From assembly GCA_003971905.1 (NCBI GenBank), contig RSEE01000001.1:992001-1056000 (forward strand): 64,000 nt of DNA. The letters run 5' to 3'. The stretch comes from Moniliella sp. 'wahieum'. Its lineage: Eukaryota. A program made the translations under genes and the position numbers. Positions 25,117-39,184 of the stretch are shown here, one piece after another; positions within the stretch are counted from its first letter, which is position 1, and every line of letters begins with the position of its first letter. The notes below the pieces were generated by a model, which made no database searches, had not been told where the DNA came from, and saw only the letters and a list, made by a program, of their open reading frames with translations.

Positions 25117-27640
25117 TTAAAGGGTTGCCAGTGACGTCCGAGTGGGCTTCTTGAGCGTCTGCTTTTTGGCTAGTGCAACATCGTGAGGCAGCGCTACCAC
25201 GATATTACGAGAGTTGTACCCATATTCGTCTTGGACGACCGTATCGGCGTAACGACGAATTTGGTAGTCGTGCGTTTTGCCATGCTTAACCGACTCGAAT
25301 GACCAGGCAATAACAAACGGGCCCGACGACGTCACGATCGACGTTTCGTCATTCTCTCCTACGTCAAACCGGGCCGGGGTAAACTGGACGCCTTGGCCCA
25401 TGTAGGCGACATGATGTGGTTTGAGCTGCAACCGACGTGGAATTGGCTTCGAATTGGCAGGGAAAGACCTGTCAAAGCCCAGACTCCCCGCCCAGCGACC
25501 ATCGCCAATGAGCGTGTCGATAAGCAAGAGATAGGTTTTGCACGTGGCCAGCACGTACCGCCCGTCGGACGTGACGTCAACCCTGTGATCGGGTCGCCCA
25601 GAGCTGGCAGAGCCGTCTTTGCATTCTTGCCAATCTTGTCAAACAGACGCAAATCACCCTTGCTGGACGCCACCACGAGCCGTCCAGACGCGTCGGTGGC
25701 AGCGGAGGAAAAGTCGGCCTTTGTAGCATACTGCTTGAACTGCTGTCGACCAGCTTCTGGCCCGATACACGAGGATCAATCCGATAGACCGCGTTGTGGC
25801 TTGTACCCACCAGCGTCTGTTCCGATGTCATCTGAGCAAACTTGGCCGAGGGAATCACGTTGGCCACTTGCACGTCTTCGTGGATACCCCACTCCTCTAC
25901 CACCTTTCCGTACTCGAGATCCATCTTAAAGACCGAGTGCTGGTTGCTAGGATCCATCAATACCATAGCTGTATCCGAGTCGTGAAGCATGGCCTTGCGC
26001 GGATTAAAGGCTTTACCCCGGGCGTAGAGACATTGTTGATCGTTGTGGAAAATTCCAAGCCGGGCTGCCCCTCAGAGCCATTGGACGTCTTAAATACCCC
26101 GATCCGATTACCGCGGACAACGAATGCGCGATCGTTCTTATAGCCGATCGCAAGCTGAGAGTTGAGCTCGCGAGCCAAGGCGTCTGTCTCATTGGGCATC
26201 CCCTCGGGGGTATCCCCTTGATTGCCCGCGTCCTCCTCTGGCTCTTCTTCTGAAAACTCTTCTTCCTCCTCGATTGGGTTGATGGTATCACCCAGCGCCT
26301 GGTCGATCGCTGCATCATCCTCTTCGTCTTGCTCAGCGTCAGGCATGTCGACATCTTCTTCGTATGCTTCGTAGAGGTACTTCTGCTCGTCCGGCTTGAG
26401 CTTGGAGAGCGGAAGTTCATTGAGTGTTTGCCACAGACAGGCACTGAATCCGTGTTGGAACTGCTCATACGCTGGACGCTTATAAAAACGCAAGAGCCAC
26501 GAGTAGTATAGCACCAGGCCTGCGTCATTCGTGGTAAAGTAGTTCCACACGGCGCTCAGATTATCCGCGGCAAAAGTCATGTTCATGTCTGCCGACACTC
26601 GCTGGGAAAGCCAGAGACGGCACGTCCCGTCCTCGTTGGAAGTAGACTGGATAGTCAGCCAGAACATGTACTGTCCTGCCTCAACGACCTTGGCAACAGC
26701 GTTCTTCTCCTGGCTCATGAATAAGCCCGAAGCCTCATCGTACAGATACAGGTCGGCCACCGCTTCTACTGCCACCGGGTTACCGTCTCATCAGCTCCGG
26801 CACGGTGGGTGGAAGGTCCTCTCGGTTGGGGCAGCAGGCACCAACGGCTTGCTCTCCCGCATAGGGGCAGCGGCAGCTGATACGGTGCTGACACTGGTCG
26901 GCTCCACACCCTCGTGTTCTTGGGGGGGTGGCAGGGACCGAAGCCGTGGGCACCGACTTGGCAGTAGGTGTGCCAGGCTGCCTCGGTGGCGCGACCGTGG
27001 GGCGCGCTGGACTGGCAGGGATAGCAGGGACCGAGGGGTAAAGACGTGGGGGCTGGTACTTGAGGGCATCAAGATCCTCATCGGAGGCTTCTTGGTGAGG
27101 GCGGCTGTACTTGCGCTCGTAGCAACACTGGAGGTAGGTCACCTCAAAGATGGAGCGTGTTACGCATTGACTCTGACCATCCATCACAAACTGGTACAAA
27201 TCTTGGTCGGGCGTTTCAGCAGCCGATGTGGTAGGGGATATGAGCGGTGACGAGCTCATGTCCAACTCATCACCCAAATCGCGCCACCAGGGTCGGCTCG
27301 TCCGGCTCGTCGGTATCATGCGCGCCAGGGTCAGAGCGCAAGGTAGAGAGGCGGAAGGCAAGCGAGGGGTCGATGAGGAACGACTTTTCATCGTCCGACT
27401 CATCGTCATCGTCAAGAAGGGCTTCGTCACCTTCGTCGTAGGCGCGTGTGATAACCAGCTGGTAGTTGAAGGGGATGCTGGTGCGGCGGATGGTGGCCAC
27501 AGCGTCCTTGTAGATGCACTCGCGGTCGCTCTTGATGGCCCCAGAGCGGACGATGTAGAGGGCTCCGCAGGGATCTGAATGAGCTCGGCGTTGTTCTCGT
27601 CGCCCCAGATCTTGCCGAAGAGGGACTTGAGCATGAACAT
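25117..27640 (-). CDS. VID27: Vacuolar import and degradation protein 27
   Basis: [70 protein letters not shown] and [15 protein letters not shown]. Indels present. Confidence 0.92.
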
Positions 27641-27879
27641 GGCGGGCGCAGATACCAGCGAGTGGTGGGTGACCGGTGATGCGGCAGCGCAGAGGCCAGC
27701 TGGGTGGGCGTGCGAGGGGCGCAAGTTGAACGTTGCAATTGGCGCGGGGCTCCGTCGAGAGAACGGCCGACCTGGGAAAAGAAACATTGCAGGCGCACCA
27801 CGCAGCACAATTCCGCCACAGGCATCGCCCCAGCGGAATCGGTGCTGGCGACGCGTGGACTGGCACCCACGGCGACTGC

Positions 27880-29359
27880 ATGTTGGGCAGGGCCGGGCGC
27901 CTCCTCCACCCCGACTACCGCCGCACCGCCGCCTCTCTCTCAGCAGCCCAAGGCCGACTGGGAAAAGTACGACAAGCCCGATCAGGACTCGATCGAGGAC
28001 GATGGTCCCATTGCGCCTGGACGAGAGCGACATCCAGATCCTCAAGACCTATGGCCTGGGGCCCTATGCCCGTGCGCTCAAGGAAATTGAGAAGGAGATC
28101 AGCGACGTTCAGAAGCGGGTCAACGACAAGATGGGCGTGAAGGAGTCTGACACTGGACTCGCTCCGCGCAACTTGTGGGATCTGGCTGCCGATAAGAAAC
28201 AACTCGAAGAAATGGGCCATCTGCAAGTCGCCCGCTGTACTAAGATCATCCGGGGTACCCCCCCGACCCAGCTTCCGGAGGCGCGGGAGGGCGGGGTGCG
28301 GCCGGTGGAGGTGGCGGACTGAGCGATTTGATGAACTCCATGGCGCCCTTTGGCCGCTCCCGCGGCCCGACGGTCGACGAAGAAGACAAGTATGTGATCA
28401 ACATTAAGCAGATTGCCAAATTTGTTGTCTCGCTTAACAAGAATGTTGCTCCAACGGACATTGAGGAGGGAATGCGCGTCGGTGTGGACCGTAACAAGTA
28501 CCAGATCATGCAACCCCTTCCCCCCAAGATTGACCCTAGCGTCACCATGATGCAAGTGGAGGAGAAGCCCGATGTCACCTATTCCGACGTGGGCGGGTGC
28601 AAGGAGCAGATTGAGAAGCTGCGTGAAGTGGTGGAGACGCCACTATTGAACCCAGAGAAGTTCGTGGATTGGGGATTGACCCACCCAAGGGTGTGCTTCT
28701 CTATGGTCCGCCTGGTACGGGGAAGACGCTATGTGCCAGGGCGGTGGCCAATCGAACCGATGCTACCTTCATCCGCGTCATTGGTTCGGAGCTGGTTCAA
28801 AAATATGTGGGTGAGGGGGCTAGGATGGTACGAGAACTGTTCGAGATGGCACGGTCAAAGAAGGCATGCATCATCTTCTTTGATGAGGTGGATGCGATTG
28901 GTGGCGCTCGATTTGACGATGGTGGGTGGGGACAATGAGGTACAACGGACGATGCTTGAGCTTATCAACCAGCTTGATGGTTTCGATTCGAGGGGCAACA
29001 TCAAGGTCCTCATGGCTACAAATCGGCCCGATACACTGGACCCGGCCCTCTTGCGTCCAGGTCGTCTAGACCGTAAGGTCGAGTTTGGCCTTCCAGACAA
29101 TGAGGGAAGGGCACATATCCTCCGTATTCACGCACGCAGCATGTCGGTTGAACGCAACATTCGCTTTGAACTCATTGCTCGTCTCTGCCCCAACACGACC
29201 GGTGCTGAGCTCCGATCTGTGGCCACCGAGGCTGGCATGTTTGCCATCCGCGCACGTCGCAAGGTTGCTTCAGAACGTGACTTCCTCGATGCGGTGGAGA
29301 AAGTTGTCCGCCAAGGGTCCAAGTTCTCCTCTACGTCGTTGTACGCCCAGTACAACTAA
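27880..29359 (+). CDS. RPT1: 26S proteasome AAA-ATPase subunit 7 (Rpt1/PSMC2)
   Basis: [56 protein letters not shown] and [19 protein letters not shown]. Start inferred as an ATG micro-exon plus intron. Indels present. Confidence 0.95.
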
Positions 29360-30032
29360 TCCCATGCAGCTGGTCACAACCACGTTTGTGAAGATTGCAG
29401 GCACCACGCGTCATGCCATCGTCGTAGCCAATCCAGGACATTAACATAACAAGGTTCATAGAAACGAGTGAAGTCATCATGATCGATCTCAAAATCCCAT
29501 GTGAGCTAGTGAGACCGGGGGCCAGGATGAGGGAAATGTGTTCACCCTATTTTGCAGTTGGCAGAATCCCTTCGCTGTTGCTTTGGAGCGTAAATGCGTA
29601 AATGCGAAGGAATACGTTCTTCGCTCTCCAGTGCGCCAACCCAAGGGTAGTCCAGTGCCGATGCGGCCCTCTCTCATTATGAATCTCGATTTCTCACACC
29701 ATCAAACCCCCTTCAGTGGCTTCTATCCCGAAAAATATATATGCCGCTATTGACAAGGAAAAGGAGATGTGAGGAGCTTGCTCGGATGCGTAATACACCA
29801 ACCGCTACGCATGCAAACACTTGCCCTTATGTCTTTTGCCCTCACGAGAATCATCATTGCACACACATCAGAGATGAGAAATGAGAACTGGGAAATGAGA
29901 AATGAGAGACGAGACGAGAGATGAGAGATGAGAAGGATGAAAATCAGTAGACGGATGAACAGAGCGGCCCGTTAGGCCATACTGTAGGGGGGAACGAGAG
30001 GGAGGAGAGGGGGGGTAACTAACTCTTTTGCT

Positions 30033-33000
30033 CTAGTAAGGGGGGCGCGCGGCTGCGCCGGAACCGAAGGGCCGACAACGGGAGGATATATGTTCGGGTG
30101 CGGGTGCCAGGGAGAGGAAGCCACTCAGAAAAGCTAGAGGGAGGGGTGCGAGATCATGGTTCAGCCGTCGAGAGACCAAGGGTGTCTCGATCACGATGAT
30201 AGTAAGAGGGGGGAGGAGATCTGGCAAAGGGGTGAGTGAGAAGGGTGAGAGGGACCCCCGCCTGCATGAGGCCAAGAGCTTTGAAAATTCGCTTGGCAGC
30301 ACGGAGGAGTGCAGGACTGAATATTGGAGAACATCGTAAACCAGAAACGGGACCCCAACAGGGCCAACAAAGAAACCAGAGAGCTCCCCAATAACATCAA
30401 AGGGATAGCTTGGTGGGGAATATAACGCCGTCCTGTCGGACGAGGAGAAGGGGGGCAGGGAGAACCGCGTCAGGGGGCGGGGGCATACGATACAGGCGGA
30501 GCTAATGACTCTCGTCTCCAGAGCCGGTGTGGCACCCCAAAATACATACAAGTGGGACCCGAGTTGGTCACCGTGAAGAAACAGCACATGGCCCCCAAGT
30601 GCCGCCTCATACCCGAATCGGATCCCGTAATATGAGGAAAGTGGAGGATGGGCGCAACAAGCGAGTGAGCCATGTGCGCTAACGGAGGCAAGGGGTCATG
30701 GGGCTATGTTGCGCTCCTGCTGCCAAGTTCGACGGGTGGGCGAGTCAAAGTGACGCGGTAAGGAGGCAGGCGATGAACCAGCCAATAAGGGATTGGCATC
30801 ATTTTTGTAAGAAGAAAGGACAGTAGGATCCGATGAGTCCCGCTGCTTCTTCACGTCGCCCGTCAAGTTGGGGGGAACTGAAAATTGTACTCGATCGCCT
30901 CCGCTCCGACAATGGACCACACGTTGGCCTCTGCTAAATCGACCGTCCAAGCATGAAGTTCAGCAGGAATGGTCATTGAGGCCGCACGCTCCGTTCCCGA
31001 ATTTCGTCTTGAAAGGATCGAAGACGAGCTAGACCGGCGGAGTCCTTCGCTGGCCAAGCTGGGAATCGAGGGAATCGTCTTTGGCCCGAGTGCCAAGCCT
31101 GACCCGCGTGGTGAACCTACAAGCCCAGCATCCAACTTCTCATCGTTTCTACCCTCAGGATATGGGGATGCTGCTGTTGGGACCGCGGAAAGAGTATGGC
31201 CCCGAACCCGTTGTAGGCGTGGCCCCGGTGTGAATGGGATGATGCTAGGCCAGAAAAAGAGTGTAGGGTAGAGCGGATGGGTCCGCTGGAGGAAGGAAGC
31301 ATTTTGTCCCGGTCCATGTTTGGATCCAATTGCATCCCTCTTGTTGAACCCGCCGGATAATAGGACGGGTCAGACGACACTGAGTTTGTTGTCAATAAGG
31401 GCCCAAGTGTGGCGGCATTCTTGGTAGATTCAGACTCCGATGGGTCTCGAATATCAGACCCAGAAGCCGCCACATCCGTCTCCGTGACGTCCATTTCCGA
31501 ACGAGCATGATGAGGAAAGGGGGTTGGGATGGCTGCTTGCGGTCCAGCAGCTGTAGGAATTGTTGAAGAGGACAGCGACGGCCCGCCTGGGGGTGGCATT
31601 TGAGACGAAATGCGTGGCCCAGAATAGTGGACAGGGAGCGAGACGGTATCCCCGGAAGGTTTCAGTGTCCACTGGAGACTTACCCGGTGCTGCATCCCAA
31701 CCAAGTGGTTGGAGCAGGCCAAAAAGCTTCCCGAAGCGTTGCGGGGCGCTGGGTTAGACGGTGGTTCAGTCTGTGTGAGTGGAGGACCAGTTGGATTCGA
31801 ACAGGGGATGTGGGATTGAGCTGCCAATCCGATGGGACCTCGGTGCCGCTTCGTTTGTACATCTCCAGCGCCACCTTATGCAACTGAAGGACAGGCGAAT
31901 CTGACGGTTCCCTGGATTTACCGTGGCGGTAAGTGTGAAGGTACTGCGGCTGATGTTCCATAGTGGGCGAACAGGATTCAGTAGAGTTCGTCATTCCAGC
32001 TGTACTAGACCTGGGGGAAGAGGTAGAAATGGGAAGAGCTGAGAATCCTCCAAAGGCAGTCGTCCCGCGGTCCACTCGACGGAGAAGCATGGTAGGGCTA
32101 ATCAACCCCGTCGTGGAACACTGCAACACAACCGGTCGGTTGTACAAGATGGCCTGTGGAGGACCTTGGTGCTTGACCGGCAAGGCGTTTGAGGGCGGCG
32201 GCGGGAAGGCAGGATACTGGGCGTCGGTTTTACGTTCCGCCTCGGTAGCCGGTGCCTTCGAGCTTTTGGTAGGATCCACCAGGTAGATGACAAACGAATC
32301 CCAACAGTTACTGGAGGCAATAAATGAATTGTCCTGTAGATTCTCCAAATCGGAAGGAGGAATCATATCATCCGTCTTGAATCGTGTTTCCAGAATCGAG
32401 CGATACACACACAGGTGCTTGGTGGAGGCGCCTTGGGTACGGTGTCGGTGAAACAAAGATATGATTGAACCATGGGTAATGAGCACTGTACAGAGAGAGG
32501 AGGGGCGGGGGAAGACAAGGAGGTCAATTAGTAACGTTGCTCTTCTGGATAAGATAGTAGATTCACTCACTTTCTGTTCCTCGGATCGACTGCCGTTTCT
32601 TGGAGGGCTTGGATATAACCCGGATCGGCCGGGAGAGGAAGCGAGCCACCAGCTTGTGCTCCCCCGGATGTATGGAAGAGGGAGCAGTGACAGCAAACTC
32701 AGCATGCACGTCCTTCCGCAACCCCTGGTCCCCCGGGTCGAGACCAGATAAGGAACGTGTAGTCACGTTGCCCGCCTGCTCGGAGATGGCCATCTGCTTA
32801 TATACCACCTTGGACATGACAAATTCATCAACCTCTGTCTCCTGCCCTGAACGAGGATGAGCAGGATCCTCCTCCCACCCCGTGTCAGACGGGTGAGGGA
32901 CTGAGATAAGGCCCTCGTCCCCCTGGGGACCGTGCCTTGTATCCCCCCCGAAGTCGGTAATCGCCCTGTCCAACTTGGTCTTATGGGCCTCTTGTCTTCC

Positions 33001-35027
33001 TCCTGCCTCTTGCCTTTTCCCGGGAGAAGGGTGTTAATGTCTGTTACCTTCCCTTGGGCCTGCACCCCCGGAGCGGCATGCCAAACTCCTGCCGCTCGTG
33101 CAAATCTTGCCACTTAGAATCATCTCGCGATGATCTTGTGGCCGGCGCGGACGGGGATCTTCCCCTTTGCTTGATTGATCTTTTGGGAGCGCTTGCCTCC
33201 TTCTCTTCTCCAGCGCTGGATTCAATACCGTTCGAGGAATTGGTGGGGTGGGGGAGACACTGTCATCGGCAGGCACAGGAACGGGGGTGTACCAATTGGC
33301 CCCAGTTAAAAGCACCATTGGCGGAGGGCACATGAACCTTTTCTCTCTGTCCCGTACGACTTTTGCGCGACCTTAGGCGTCAAAATGCGAATTTGACGTC
33401 CAGAGTGGCGAGACCCTGACGGAGCAGCGAGGTATTGCGCAACCAACTGTGATAGTTGGGGCAGAGGAGAGGGTGGGAAACTATTTCCTCCACAGGAGGT
33501 GAGGCGGTAACGGCAACATCCTCCACTTTGTGAGAGTAAGCCACGGACCGGTCAGACGCGAAAGAAGAAAGCTGCCGCTCGGTGAGGTAATAAGGCGAAA
33601 GTCCCCATCTGCAATGGAAACGTGCCCGAATGTCATTGAGAATCGTGGGTCTTTTTCCGGATCCTGGGACATAAAAGTGCGAGCTAAAAGGGAGGTGATC
33701 TTCGTCTGTATACCCAAGGCTCGACCCTTTTTGCACATCATCTGGGTTTCCACTGGAAAAATGTGCATGGGAATGAGACCCAATCGCTTGATGCGAAGGA
33801 GGATCCATGTCATAGGAAACGGATTGAAAGTCTTGTTGGGACCCATCCCATACGGTCCTGTCCGCAGACCCAAGGTGGAATGCAGGAGTCACACTCTCCT
33901 GATGGATTACCGGGGTCGAGGTTGGTTCAAAGATGGAAGGCTGTTCTGGAGAGTGGACAATAAGTGTTGGCGGCCGCTTCATCTCTTCGCCAGGGGGCAG
34001 GCTGTGGTCCAGGAGACGAGGCCAAGCGACGTTCGCATCACTCGGAAACGTTGCAACGTAGGGATCAACCGGCGGAGATGTGTATATGCGGCCCGGGCGT
34101 GAAGGTCATATGGTCACTCTCACGAGCACGAGCCGTAGGGAACGCAGGCTGCGAGGCGAAACGTGGCTCTTCCAATGTGGTATGTGGGAAACCAGGGACA
34201 ACCTCCTGAGGGCTGGAAGAGGGCAGGAGCATGTGTACGTCATCTCTCTTTGACCAGGTGGGATCTAAGGTGCTCAGGGTGGAGGGTATATTCTGTTGGC
34301 GAGGTGTCCAATGAGGATCAGGGTTGAAGGGCACAGTAGGAACTGCACGGCGATACTGGTGAGGGCTGGCAGCCGCTGCAAAAGGGGATCTTATCTCGGT
34401 TCCCATCATTGTTATTGGGTTGGGCACGAAATCAGGCCCGAAGGCGCGGTCAACGGTATTGCTTGCCCCCTGCAGAGCGGCTATAGGTGCCAAAGAGTCA
34501 TCCTCCTTGTTGGGACCTACAAAGGGCATTCGGGGGCTCAAAGTCGACATGGTGGTGGGGGGATTTGGATGCGTTTCTGTTATCGTATCGTTGAACGAGT
34601 CGGAGAAGAACTGATGCGAGATGGTGGGGTGCTTCTCTGGTGCCAGCCCGTACTCCGATGGAGGAAAAAGAGCCAGCAGGTACTGGTAGGCCCCCTGCTC
34701 CGTCCCCCATTTTTTGCTCCTTGAGCGTACCCAGACTCAGTGGCGACGCGGACATCGTGTCGGGAATGGGACGATGGCCTGGCAAGACGGGGCGGGGGCG
34801 ATGGGCGGATGGAGAAAATGCTGGACTGGGTCGCGTGGGGGTGCAAGCTGCGGCGCAAGCGCAGGCGCATCAGGCGCAGACGCCGCCGAAGCAGGCGCTG
34901 ACATGGACGCCGCCAGCGGCATTGCGCCCACCATGTCGAGGTCTGTGCGCGGCAGGCCAAGGGGGATGGGGGCGCGGATGGGGGGCGGGGTGGAGGGGCG
35001 CGGGCAGCGGGGGCGGAGAGGATGCAT
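30033..35027 (-). CDS. CSL-family (CBF1/Su(H)/LAG-1) transcription factor, fungal Cbf11/Cbf12 type
   Basis: KSYGTE.KRFMCPPP, FLSRPIRVISKPSKKRQS, ISLFHR, WDSFVIYLV, YNRPVVLQCSTTGLISP, PVLQLHKVAL and WSIVG. Long low-complexity N-terminus. Ends approximate, many indels. Confidence 0.88.
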
Positions 35028-36730
35028 GCGGGCGAGCGGTGTCGGAGGGGATGTGTGCAAGGGGGCTTGCATCAGAGGCGTGCTCTATAATGCTGGCAGC
35101 CCCGGCCGAAAAGCCGCGGGCGAGCGTAACAAAAAGAGCGCAGCGCTCTCCGGCTCCTCCGGCTCCTCCTGCACTCGTACAGCTCCTACACCTGCAGCGC
35201 CTCGCCCACACTCCTGCCCTGCCCGCCCTGCCACATGTCACACGTGCCTGTCACATGTCAACACCCAATGACACATTTCACACCCCCATCATGCATCATG
35301 CATCATGCATCATGCACGCAGCACAGGCCACAACCCGCCGCAGCACTGCCCCCCCGCCGCAACGATGGACAGGCAGCTCACTTGCACAGAGCCGCTTAGA
35401 CCCAGGCCTTAGGCCACAGGCCTTGGGCTTGGCCGTTTGACGTGCCCACTATGTACTGTACAGGCACGTCCAGCAGGGTGTGACGGTGGCAAGCAGATTG
35501 ATGCGGTGCCAAGGGGCGCCGTTGTCGATTCTCGTCGATTCAGAAATGAAAACGTGTGTGTACATACCGTCCTACATTCGATGAAGAAGCCACCGGGCCC
35601 TCGAGCTTAGGGCCCAGCCAGCAGCCATATGTGCCTTTTGGCCACCCTCCCAGCACGCGATCCTCGTTTTTCTTAGTCTGGACGCGATCGAAAGAAACCA
35701 AGTCGAGAGGTCGAAGAGATGGCCAAGCTCTGTTTTGCCACTGGTGGGCACGAGCGCCATTATCGATTCCCCTTCCTCTCCAGCAGAGCGCATCGGCATG
35801 TGCGCGCACAATGCATATGTCTTCAGGGCAAGCCCACAGACAGTACTATTAGAGATTATGCTTCATGCATCAGGCCCATCAGGCCAGGAGACAACACAAG
35901 TGTGTTTATGGGGCCCAAAAACGTCCACACATATCCCTGTGCTACCATACACTGTATATAACAACCTCTGCGTTCTGGGGCGCGCAAAAGCACACTACAT
36001 GGGGAAGAGATGCTTTGCGCTATACTCTGCATAATGGAACTGCGGACAGCTTTGACGACAGGAACGAGGCCTATGGAACGGTGGACCAATGGGGAAAGAT
36101 GGCCGTGTATCGTCGCCATCAGCACGAGGACAGGCTGGAGCAAAGTCCCAGCAGATCGTGCTGTAGGCCCGGTGGCCTCTTCGTTGATCATTTGCGTCGA
36201 TGTCCTCCCTGAGTCTTTCCCAAGCGCACTGCTTGTCACACGTTTCGTCACTATAGTACTCCCAGATAGCAGATCGATGCAGGTCGATGCCCAACCGATT
36301 CACCTCCCCTAACCACTGTCCCGTGGTGCTAGGGCCTGATTTCGTACGGAGCTCCCGGTCCGTCCTTTCCACACCGCTTCCTGCCCTCTCGGCTGGCGCT
36401 GCCCAATGACCTCTGCCCCCGGTCATCGTCTCACACTTTGAGTACGTATTGCGGCGCCTCATCAGCGTTCAACCCCAATTGCTCTCTCTCCCCATCCAGC
36501 CAGCTAAGAGCGGAGAGCAAAATAAAAAAACCGATAACCGTGATACAGGCGGAGCATTGAGGAGATTGTGGGAAGAATGAGTGCGGAGGCCGCTGAGCCT
36601 GAGCGGTCTCCATATGGGAAGAACAGAAGAAGGAAAATACAGGATGACGACTACTCGAGGCGGTCGTAACACAAAAAAGAAGCAAGAAAGTAAGGGGGGG
36701 GTACCGCTTCGCCTTACGTGCCATTGGGCC

Positions 36731-38235
36731 TTAGGTTGCCACTGCCGGAGGCATGGCATCGATAGAGGCAGGCACACCAGACGGTTCGTGCGCCTTGACC
36801 TCCGGGCTGCCCACTGCGGTGCTCCCCTGCGACGGGACGACGGTGCTCCCCTGCGACGGGACGACGGTGGCGGAAGAGGTGGCCTCCAGCCAGCGTTGGT
36901 GAGATGTGGCAAACGATTCGCCCGCACGATGCTCGAGGTTGACCCGCCAGAGGGAGAAGATGACTCAGGGGCAACGAATAGTACCGCCAGGTGGTCCAAC
37001 GGAAAGTAGGGCTGATGTATTGGCGTACGTGCCGGCAAAGTCCTCCGTCATCTCGCGCCGCAGCTGCTTAAACTCGTCCGTGCGGTCCGTCAGAACAGCC
37101 GCGACACCCCACCGTGTCGCTTCCACCATCTCATCCGGCCCGATTCACCGTCCAGACCATCACGTCCTTCCCAGCCGCCTTCACCTCGCGGATAAACTCT
37201 TGTCCCGAGGCAGGAACGAGCGAGGCAAAGTACATACTGAAGCCGTCACAGGCATCCCAAAAGTACTGTTTGGCCAGCGCAGGCGAACCACCAATGTGGA
37301 TCCGACGAAGACGGGGCACATGCTCTATGGCCGGGGCAATGAACTTGGGGTGCCAGAGCCCGAGGATGATCCGTGGCGCCAGGAGTGTCTCAAAGTCTTC
37401 GTGCTGGCTCACTACAACCCTTCATCAACCGGAACAAGCGATCGGATCGTTGTCTGGCTTGATATCGATCTGGTCGTAGTAGAGGAAGAGTTCGTCAGTA
37501 AAGGGATGGTGCCGTCGAAAACAGCGCGAAAACACATACGTTGGCTTTGACGTGACGGTACTCGGGCTTCATGAGAAAGTCACACAGTCATTGAATGTGG
37601 GATTTGCTGGACGGGCTTGTGCGCCGTGCGCACATGTTCCAATTGGCCATAGTAATTTTGCTGAGCAATCTTACCCGAGCCATTCGTTGTCCGGCACAGC
37701 ACAGCATCGTGGAACATGACAATCACGTCATCCGCCGTCATGTGCACGTCTGAGGGTGGGAAATGGAGTAGACGAAACACGGCATGGAGGGGAAGCAAAG
37801 AAAAGAGGAACATGAGTTATGGCCCACAGGCGATAGTTCGCGCAAGCAGGGCACATGGGAGCAGCATAGAACATCTTAGGCCAGGGACGGCCCCGCCTCA
37901 GATGGACAACAGTAGGATGAGAGGATGGGGGTTACGAACCAGTCTCAACCGCATCGGCTCCGTCCTTGGCGGCCATCTCAAAGGAGGCCATGGTGTTTTC
38001 TGGGAACGCAGCTGAAGCCTGTCCGGAAGCGTCTAGCAGTCAGTAGCCCCTTCTGGGCAGCCAGAATCACTGATGCTGGCGGCATGACGAAGTCAATACT
38101 TACACCGCGGTGGCCCCAACACTCTGGCATCTTAGCCGGGGCAACAATCTCGGACTGAAGAGTCTGTATGGGGAGGGGAGATCAGTACAGAGGCGGAACC
38201 GACAAGGACCAAGGAGAGGTGCTCACAGTGGGCAT
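36731..38235 (-). CDS. Glycerophosphodiester phosphodiesterase family (Pgc1-like phosphatidylglycerol phospholipase C)
   Basis: PECWGHRG|ASAAFPENTMASF, DVHMTADDVIVMFHD, IDIKPDND, RIILGLWHPKFI and VMVWTVN. Several introns. Confidence 0.9.
36817..36869. repeat. 24-bp perfect tandem duplication encoding TVVPSQGS twice in the GDPD tail
   Basis: cggtgctcccctgcgacgggacga at 36817-36840 and 36841-36864. Confidence 0.95.
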
Positions 38236-39184
38236 GGTTCAAAATGGAAATGCGGGTAAAAGGATGATCGATAAGCTCCAATCCAATGCGAGGCGGGGGA
38301 TAGTTACTGGTTGCCGATTAGGTGGCCGCGCGTCCAACGGGTTGTGTTGAGATTGGGGGCGGCGGCTGTGGCTGAGGCTGAGTCTGGAGCGGAGGGTGGA
38401 CGATAGTAATGAAGTACACACGTGCAAGTGGTGGGCAGGCAGGATGCTGGCTGAGTGTTGGTGGTGAAGGCTGGGAGAGGGGAGGCAAGTGCAGGCCGGC
38501 CGGAAGCAGGGGTGATGGGAGTAAGCAGCGGGCAACCAGGACTGCTCCTCCCAACATGCACACTTGCGTTGGGCATGTCTTGCCTCTGTTTTCCGCCAGA
38601 CAGTGCGAGTCATCGACTGTCGGCATCATCGCACCGCAAAGCGCTATCGGGCGGAGCGCGTATCACGGATCGGTCACCCATCCGCTATCATATATCATGC
38701 ATAGCATGCATCATGCATCATGCATCATGCATTCACCGAGCGGGCCAGACTGGCTTGCCATGGCTTGACACTGCCCCTGTTCGGCCGCATGGCACGTGCA
38801 TCGCCGAGCGGGCTCTGACTCGTGCACTACTCGGAGCCATACAGCCGCCTCGGCCAAACGATAGGATGCACTGCAGTACTCGGACGTACTCCGTGGCGAC
38901 CTCTATCGTTTCAACTTTCAAGCCACTGCCAGCAGCCTACCAAACGATTCCTGTTGTTCCACGTCGCTGGCCAGCACCGCGGCGTCATATCCGCTTTTGC
39001 CCCCACCCCCGCCTCCACATCCTAGCACCGTCGATCGCACATCTCCCTGGCGTCCCATCTGCCCATGGCTGGGAGCAGGCATCCCTATGCCGGCTACGTT
39101 GATCTACGAAAGCAACATCCTTTGCCGTCTTTCTTGTGTGCAATGGAGATTCATAAGGTCGTCAGGTAAGCAACGCTTCCAACC

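Noticed and set aside
28250..28380. Insertion in the Rpt1 OB-fold region
   Set aside because: A variable loop at this position is usual in fungal Rpt1. The apparent stop is due to an indel.
17696..29359. Programmed frameshifting or pseudogenisation of eIF3d, VID27 and RPT1
   Set aside because: The indels lack a shared slippery motif, hit conserved housekeeping genes at scattered sites, and come without visible amino-acid decay. Sequencing error is more parsimonious.
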